Shown here: positions 56,129 to 59,883 of the stretch, in pieces
Layout: every line of letters begins with the position of its first letter
Position numbering within the stretch: the first letter of the stretch is position 1
Origin: Candidatus Bipolaricaulota bacterium
Lineage (GTDB): Bacteria > Bipolaricaulota > Bipolaricaulia > UBA7950 > UBA9294
Length of the DNA stretch: 59,883 nt
Direction of reading: 5' to 3'
Assembly: GCA_018817505.1 (NCBI GenBank)
Contig: JAHITR010000124.1
Location: 1-59,883 of the forward strand
Notes under the pieces: generated by a model
The model's input: the letters and a program-made list of their open reading frames with translations, nothing else
Database searches by the model: none
Told to the model about the DNA's origin: nothing
Translations under genes and position numbers: made by a program

Positions 56129-56506
56129 ATGGCAGGAGAGGAAAAGGGAAGTGTCGGAATCTCGAGGGATGTAGTCACTGCGATTGCGGGCATTGCCGTT
56201 TCCGAAATTGACGGGATTGCCAATCTCGGCCAAGGGGATAGCTCATTCCGTCGTGGCGAGGGGATGAAGCGGTATGTGGACACAAGCGTCGAAGGCGACG
56301 TGGTCACAGTTACCGTGCGTATTACCGTGCTCTACGGAAACCCAATTCACAAGGTCGCCAAGCAGGTTCAAACGCGTATCAAGGCGGAAATTGAGCGCAT
56401 GACGGGTCTTCGTGTCAGTGCGGTCAATGTGGACGTCCAGCGCGTCGTACAAGCTGAAGACGCTGATGTCGAAGGTGGAGAGGAATGCGACAACTTAGAG
56501 TCCTAG
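56129..56506 (+). CDS. Asp23/Gls24 family envelope stress protein (second copy)
   Basis: The sequence is ISRDVVTAIAGIAVSEIDGIANL...VQTRIKAEIERMTGLRVSAVNVDVQ. The ATG at 56129 is preceded by GGGAGGAGGG. Confidence 0.85.
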   Translation: MAGEEKGSVGISRDVVTAIAGIAVSEIDGIANLGQGDSSFRRGEGMKRYVDTSVEGDVVTVTVRITVLYGNPIHKVAKQVQTRIKAEIERMTGLRVSAVNVDVQRVVQAEDADVEGGEECDNLES

Positions 56507-57030
56507 GCCTCGGCGGAGCCATGATCCTTACGGCTGGATTGGGGATCGGTCTCATTCTTGCCGGTGCAGGCGTACTTTCCTTGACATCGATTTGGGATTT
56601 CTTTAATACGACAGCCGGATCGATTCTCGTCATTCTGTCTGGGGCGGCATTGATCTTGGTGGCTGTTCATTTTCTCATCGTGTTGGCTGATGAACGATTG
56701 AGTCGTTCTCTGTTTCATCATGAAGGAGACTGGGGACGAATCGATCTGGCGCCCAGTGCCATCAAGGAATTCATTGCCGGCATCTTGCGAAATCGTATTG
56801 GACTCGATCAGTTTCGCGTCCTGCTGCGACACCATGCGAACGGCGTCGGAATCGCTGTACGAACGACGCTATCCCCGGATCAGAAAGTTACGGAAGTTGG
56901 CGAGCGTATTCAGCGTGAGTTGTCCCAGCATGTCGAAGATCGGACAGGAGTCAAAGTGTGCGATGTCGTCGTCCTTGTCCGTAATATTCGAGCGAGCGGA
57001 ACAGGCGTAAAGGAGTCGTCCGGTGATTAG
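56485..57030 (+). CDS. amaP: Alkaline shock response membrane anchor protein AmaP-like
   Basis: It has two N-terminal TM helices followed by the region GRIDLAPSAIKEFI. Its position directly after the asp23 genes matches Firmicutes. Confidence 0.7.
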   Translation: MRQLRVLGLGGAMILTAGLGIGLILAGAGVLSLTSIWDFFNTTAGSILVILSGAALILVAVHFLIVLADERLSRSLFHHEGDWGRIDLAPSAIKEFIAGILRNRIGLDQFRVLLRHHANGVGIAVRTTLSPDQKVTEVGERIQRELSQHVEDRTGVKVCDVVVLVRNIRASGTGVKESSGD

Positions 57031-57229
57031 ATTGCCTCTTAGTGGGAGACTGATTGGCCTCGTTCTCGGCCTGATTGCCGGACTTCTGTTCGTCTTTTTG
57101 GGCTGGAAGGCGTTCCTCATTCTCCTTGGATTCATCGTTCTGGGCTTCCTCGTGGGCGGGTGGATCGATTCGCGTGAAAGTGTGAAGCGTCGATTGAAGG
57201 ACCTCACGGATCGCGTGTTGCGCTCCTAA
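57023..57229 (+). CDS. DUF2273-like small membrane protein
   Basis: 68 aa with two TM helices (GLVLGLIAGLLFVFLGW, LLGFIVLGFLVGGWI). It overlaps both neighbouring genes, and the context is the conserved asp23-amaP-DUF2273 arrangement. Confidence 0.65.
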   Translation: MIRLPLSGRLIGLVLGLIAGLLFVFLGWKAFLILLGFIVLGFLVGGWIDSRESVKRRLKDLTDRVLRS

Positions 57230-57630
57230 TGCAAAGACGAGACGCACGTGAACTCCTGCTTACGGCCCTCTATCGTTGTGAGTTTTTGCCCGCAGCACTC
57301 GACGAGTTGTTTGAGGAAACGGATCCTGAGGATCAACGAGAGTACATGGAGACCGTGTTCAACGGCATCCGCGAACGCCAGCCAGAGATTGACCGAATTC
57401 TGGGAGAGAAAACCGTCGGGTGGAAATTCGAACGCCTCGCGCTGTTGGATCGAAACATCCTGCGGCTAGGTGTTTATGAGTTGCTGTATTTCGATGATGT
57501 GCCTCCAGAAGTCGCGATGAATGAGGCCATCGAGCTGGCCAAGAAGTATGGCACTGAGCAAGCGCGCAAATTCATCAACGGCATTCTTGATCGGATCTGG
57601 AAGGAGCATCGTGAAGGCACAACGCCTTGA
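57229..57630 (+). CDS. nusB: Transcription antitermination factor NusB
   Basis: The motifs RRDARELLLTALY, ...RLALLDRNILRLGVYEL and NEAIELAKKYG are present. Confidence 0.93.
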   Translation: MQRRDARELLLTALYRCEFLPAALDELFEETDPEDQREYMETVFNGIRERQPEIDRILGEKTVGWKFERLALLDRNILRLGVYELLYFDDVPPEVAMNEAIELAKKYGTEQARKFINGILDRIWKEHREGTTP

Positions 57631-58453
57631 TGGGAAGGGGCTTGCCCGCGATCGCAGACAGCAACTGGTCAGTCGTGTGGAACGACTGAGAACACAGGGA
57701 AGCATCCCCAGGTTGTCCGTGATCCTTCCTTCGCAGGATGAGGCAGCACTCGCCTACTATCACGCCAAAGTTCACGCTGCTGGCAAGTTGGGGATCGAGG
57801 TCAACAGCTTCGTTCCTGATCCCCTTTCCACCGCCTGCATCGTCGATCTCATCAGGTCATTGTCAGGGGACACTGGGGTTTCCGGAATCATGGTCGAATC
57901 ACCCATTCCTACGCGCATCGACATGAAAGCCGTTCGTACGGCTCTGCCGGTAGCCAAAGACGTGGATGGTGCTGGGATTGAATCCTTGGGACATCTTCTG
58001 AGTGGGAAACCCGCTTTTCCCCCCGCCACGGCGGCGGCGGCTCTGGCATTAGCAGAGATGGCTTGTGATATCGCGGGCAAACACGCCGTGGTGATTGGTC
58101 GCAGTCTTGTGGTCGGACGTCCGTTGGCGCTTCTGTTGCTCGCCAGAGACGCGACGGTGACGGTGTGTCATTCTAAGACCCGTGATCTGGCAGAGATCGC
58201 GCGAATGGCGGATATCCTGTTCGTCGCAGTCGGTCGTCCGGGGTTCGTCACTGGAGACATGGTGAATCCTGGCGCTGTAGTGATTGACGTTGGAACCAAT
58301 TGGGTTGACGGCAAGCTCGTGGGCGATGTGGATGCTGGCACTGTCGAGTCCATTGCCCGGGCGCTGAGTCCCGTGCCCGGTGGTGTGGGGCCGATGACGA
58401 CCACCCTGCTGCTCGAACACGTCGTCCAGGCGGCTGAAGCCGCAGTCGGTTAG
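57611..58453 (+). CDS. folD: Bifunctional methylenetetrahydrofolate dehydrogenase/cyclohydrolase
   Basis: The GTG at 57611 is preceded by AAGGAG. Motifs: LDGKGLA, YYHAKVHAAGKLGI, GIMVESP, VDG, VVIGRSLVVGRPLALLL, VTVCHSKT and PVPGGVGPMT. Confidence 0.92.
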   Translation: MKAQRLDGKGLARDRRQQLVSRVERLRTQGSIPRLSVILPSQDEAALAYYHAKVHAAGKLGIEVNSFVPDPLSTACIVDLIRSLSGDTGVSGIMVESPIPTRIDMKAVRTALPVAKDVDGAGIESLGHLLSGKPAFPPATAAAALALAEMACDIAGKHAVVIGRSLVVGRPLALLLLARDATVTVCHSKTRDLAEIARMADILFVAVGRPGFVTGDMVNPGAVVIDVGTNWVDGKLVGDVDAGTVESIARALSPVPGGVGPMTTTLLLEHVVQAAEAAVG

Positions 58454-58463
58454 AATTCTTCGC

Positions 58464-59309
58464 ATGACCAAAGCCTACGCAGATTTGCATCTTCATACGG
58501 TTGCATCTGACGGAACACAGACGTTTGATACCCTTGTACGCCGCGCCAAGGCGACGGCCTTCGATTGCATTGCGGTCACTGATCATGACATTATCTCCGC
58601 TGACCTGACGTCTCGTGTGACGTCTGTGTACGGAGTGGAAGTCATCACAGGCGTCGAAGTCAAGGCGATGTTCGGGGATGTCGCGGGCGAGTTGCTCGGA
58701 TATTTTGTGGATCCCCATCATGCGGAACTGAAGGAGCTCCTGGGGCCACTATCGGCCTCTCGCGATCAGCGGATGATGCATATGGTTGAGTTATGCAGAG
58801 AGCATCTCCAGATTGACATCACCTATGAAGAAGTGCTTGCAGAATCCGCTGGCGGAAATGTTGGGCGTCCGCACTTGGCCCGTGTGTTGCTTGAGAAGGG
58901 TGCCATCGCAGACTTCCAAGAAGCCTTTGCCACGCTGATTGGCAAAGGATGCCCCTGCTACTATGCGATCGACAAGCCCGATTTCCGTGACGCTGTACGC
59001 ATCCTCAAGGCGGCTGGCGGTGCGATCTCAGTTGCCCATCCATGCCTGATGACGATCCCGAATTGGGACGTCTTCCTCGACGAACTCATGGCTGCAGGCG
59101 TTGATGGCATGGAAACGATTTATCCCTACGATCCCTTATCGAGGAACCTCTCGATTGAACCTTGGTTGCTAGCGGAAAAGGCCAAACAACACGGCTTCCT
59201 CGTGACCGGCGGATCAGATGACCATGGGCCAGGCGGGAAAGAAAGTCTGGGAATGGTTCGAGTACCTTATGAGCACGTCGAAGCGCTCAAGAAGGTGGCT
59301 GGACTCTGA
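58464..59309 (+). CDS. PHP-domain phosphoesterase (TrpH/YciV-like)
   Basis: The motifs YADLHLHTVASDGT, CIAVTDHD, AHP and GGSDDHG are present. Confidence 0.85.
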   Translation: MTKAYADLHLHTVASDGTQTFDTLVRRAKATAFDCIAVTDHDIISADLTSRVTSVYGVEVITGVEVKAMFGDVAGELLGYFVDPHHAELKELLGPLSASRDQRMMHMVELCREHLQIDITYEEVLAESAGGNVGRPHLARVLLEKGAIADFQEAFATLIGKGCPCYYAIDKPDFRDAVRILKAAGGAISVAHPCLMTIPNWDVFLDELMAAGVDGMETIYPYDPLSRNLSIEPWLLAEKAKQHGFLVTGGSDDHGPGGKESLGMVRVPYEHVEALKKVAGL

Positions 59310-59457
59310 CCTTCGGCTCGCCGCTCGGAATGGAGACGTGTCTCAACACGTGCCGGACCGAGCCTGGGGACGTGGATGATCCGTTCAGTGGTTCGTTTTC
59401 TAACTGATCCCAGGCAACCGGGAGCGAAAGGTCAAGAGGAGCAACCAACCAAGATAA

Positions 59458-59519
59458 GGGGACAGGCTACTTTTCACCGTCCTAGATACTACATAGAGCG
59501 CAAAAAGTAGCCTGTCCCC
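59458..59519. repeat. Perfect 17-bp inverted repeat with 28-nt spacer
   Basis: GGGGACAGGCTACTTTT (59458-59474) and AAAAGTAGCCTGTCCCC (59503-59519) are exact reverse complements. The repeat sits in a 345-bp gap between convergent genes. No U-tract lies on either side. Confidence 0.9.
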
Positions 59520-59654
59520 GATCTGGGTAAAGTTGTAGTGTGCGCACTTTGTCGTTGGTGACCTCCCCGACGCAAGGCAACCTCACGTCGGCCAGTGGGA
59601 GCCTAGCCTCTGAGGCTGACGAGTTCAGTTCCAGAACGCAAAGCAAGTCGCGAA

Positions 59655-59883
59655 CTACCGAAACTCATCGTTTGCGACCTTCCCGTCTACCAGTGTGATC
59701 AGTCGATTGACTCGATCAAGCAAACGGTTGTCGTGGGTGGCAAAGAAGAAAGTCGCCCCCTTCTCAGAATTGAGGCGACGCATGAGATCGATCAAGTCGT
59801 GACTCATGGCCGTGTCGAGATTCGCGGTGGGTTCGTCTGCGAGCACGATGGACGGTTCGCCAACCACGGCACGAGCGACGGCC
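59655..59883 (-). CDS. ABC transporter ATP-binding protein, C-terminal part (5' end outside window)
   Basis: The frame is open to the window edge. The Walker B / D-loop is IVLADEPTANLD and the H-loop is FFATHD. It looks LolD/MacB-like. Confidence 0.85.
   Translation of the reverse strand, partial: AVARAVVGEPSIVLADEPTANLDTAMSHDLIDLMRRLNSEKGATFFFATHDNRLLDRVNRLITLVDGKVANDEFR

Overview
This 59.9-kb window is a bacterial chromosomal segment. It is moderately GC-rich by eye and densely coding on both strands. I call about 60 protein genes, two tRNAs (Ser-GGA, Pro-GGG) and a long-form (Alu-domain) SRP RNA. I saw no rRNA, CRISPR array, transposase, integrase or prophage signature. Most of the content is housekeeping: rho (partial), murA, hflX, holB, an aldehyde:ferredoxin oxidoreductase with mobB, rrf2-hcp, lhr, rlmN, ligA, groES-groEL (with a promoter and a CIRCE-like operator), efp, nusB and folD. 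Several blocks show Firmicutes/Terrabacteria-like synteny: holB next to a PSP1/RicT gene, asp23-asp23-amaP-DUF2273-nusB-folD, and tRNA-Ser next to the SRP RNA. The loci most worth a second look are:

1. A translationally coupled radical-SAM + DUF4392 (D-glutamate-cyclase-like) pair, divergent from a deoxynucleoside kinase and an ATP-cone::uridine-kinase-like fusion.
2. An archaeal/eukaryal-type tRNA pseudouridine synthase Pus10 directly behind a long-form Lhr helicase.
3. A contiguous five-gene minus-strand run of MBL hydrolase, SAM methyltransferase, bshC, bshB and bshA, which is a candidate modified-bacillithiol locus.
4. A secreted-hydrolase operon next to tRNA-Pro. It contains a 1517-aa multidomain S8 protease and a stand-alone protein that resembles the protease's own pre-catalytic segment.
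5. An orphan near-consensus promoter followed by a strongly structured ~100-nt element in the xre / rrf2-hcp intergenic region.
6. A perfect 17-bp inverted repeat in a 345-bp convergent intergenic gap.

All functional calls rest on motif recognition in the supplied translations and on reading the DNA. No database search was possible, so family assignments for the less conserved proteins are provisional.
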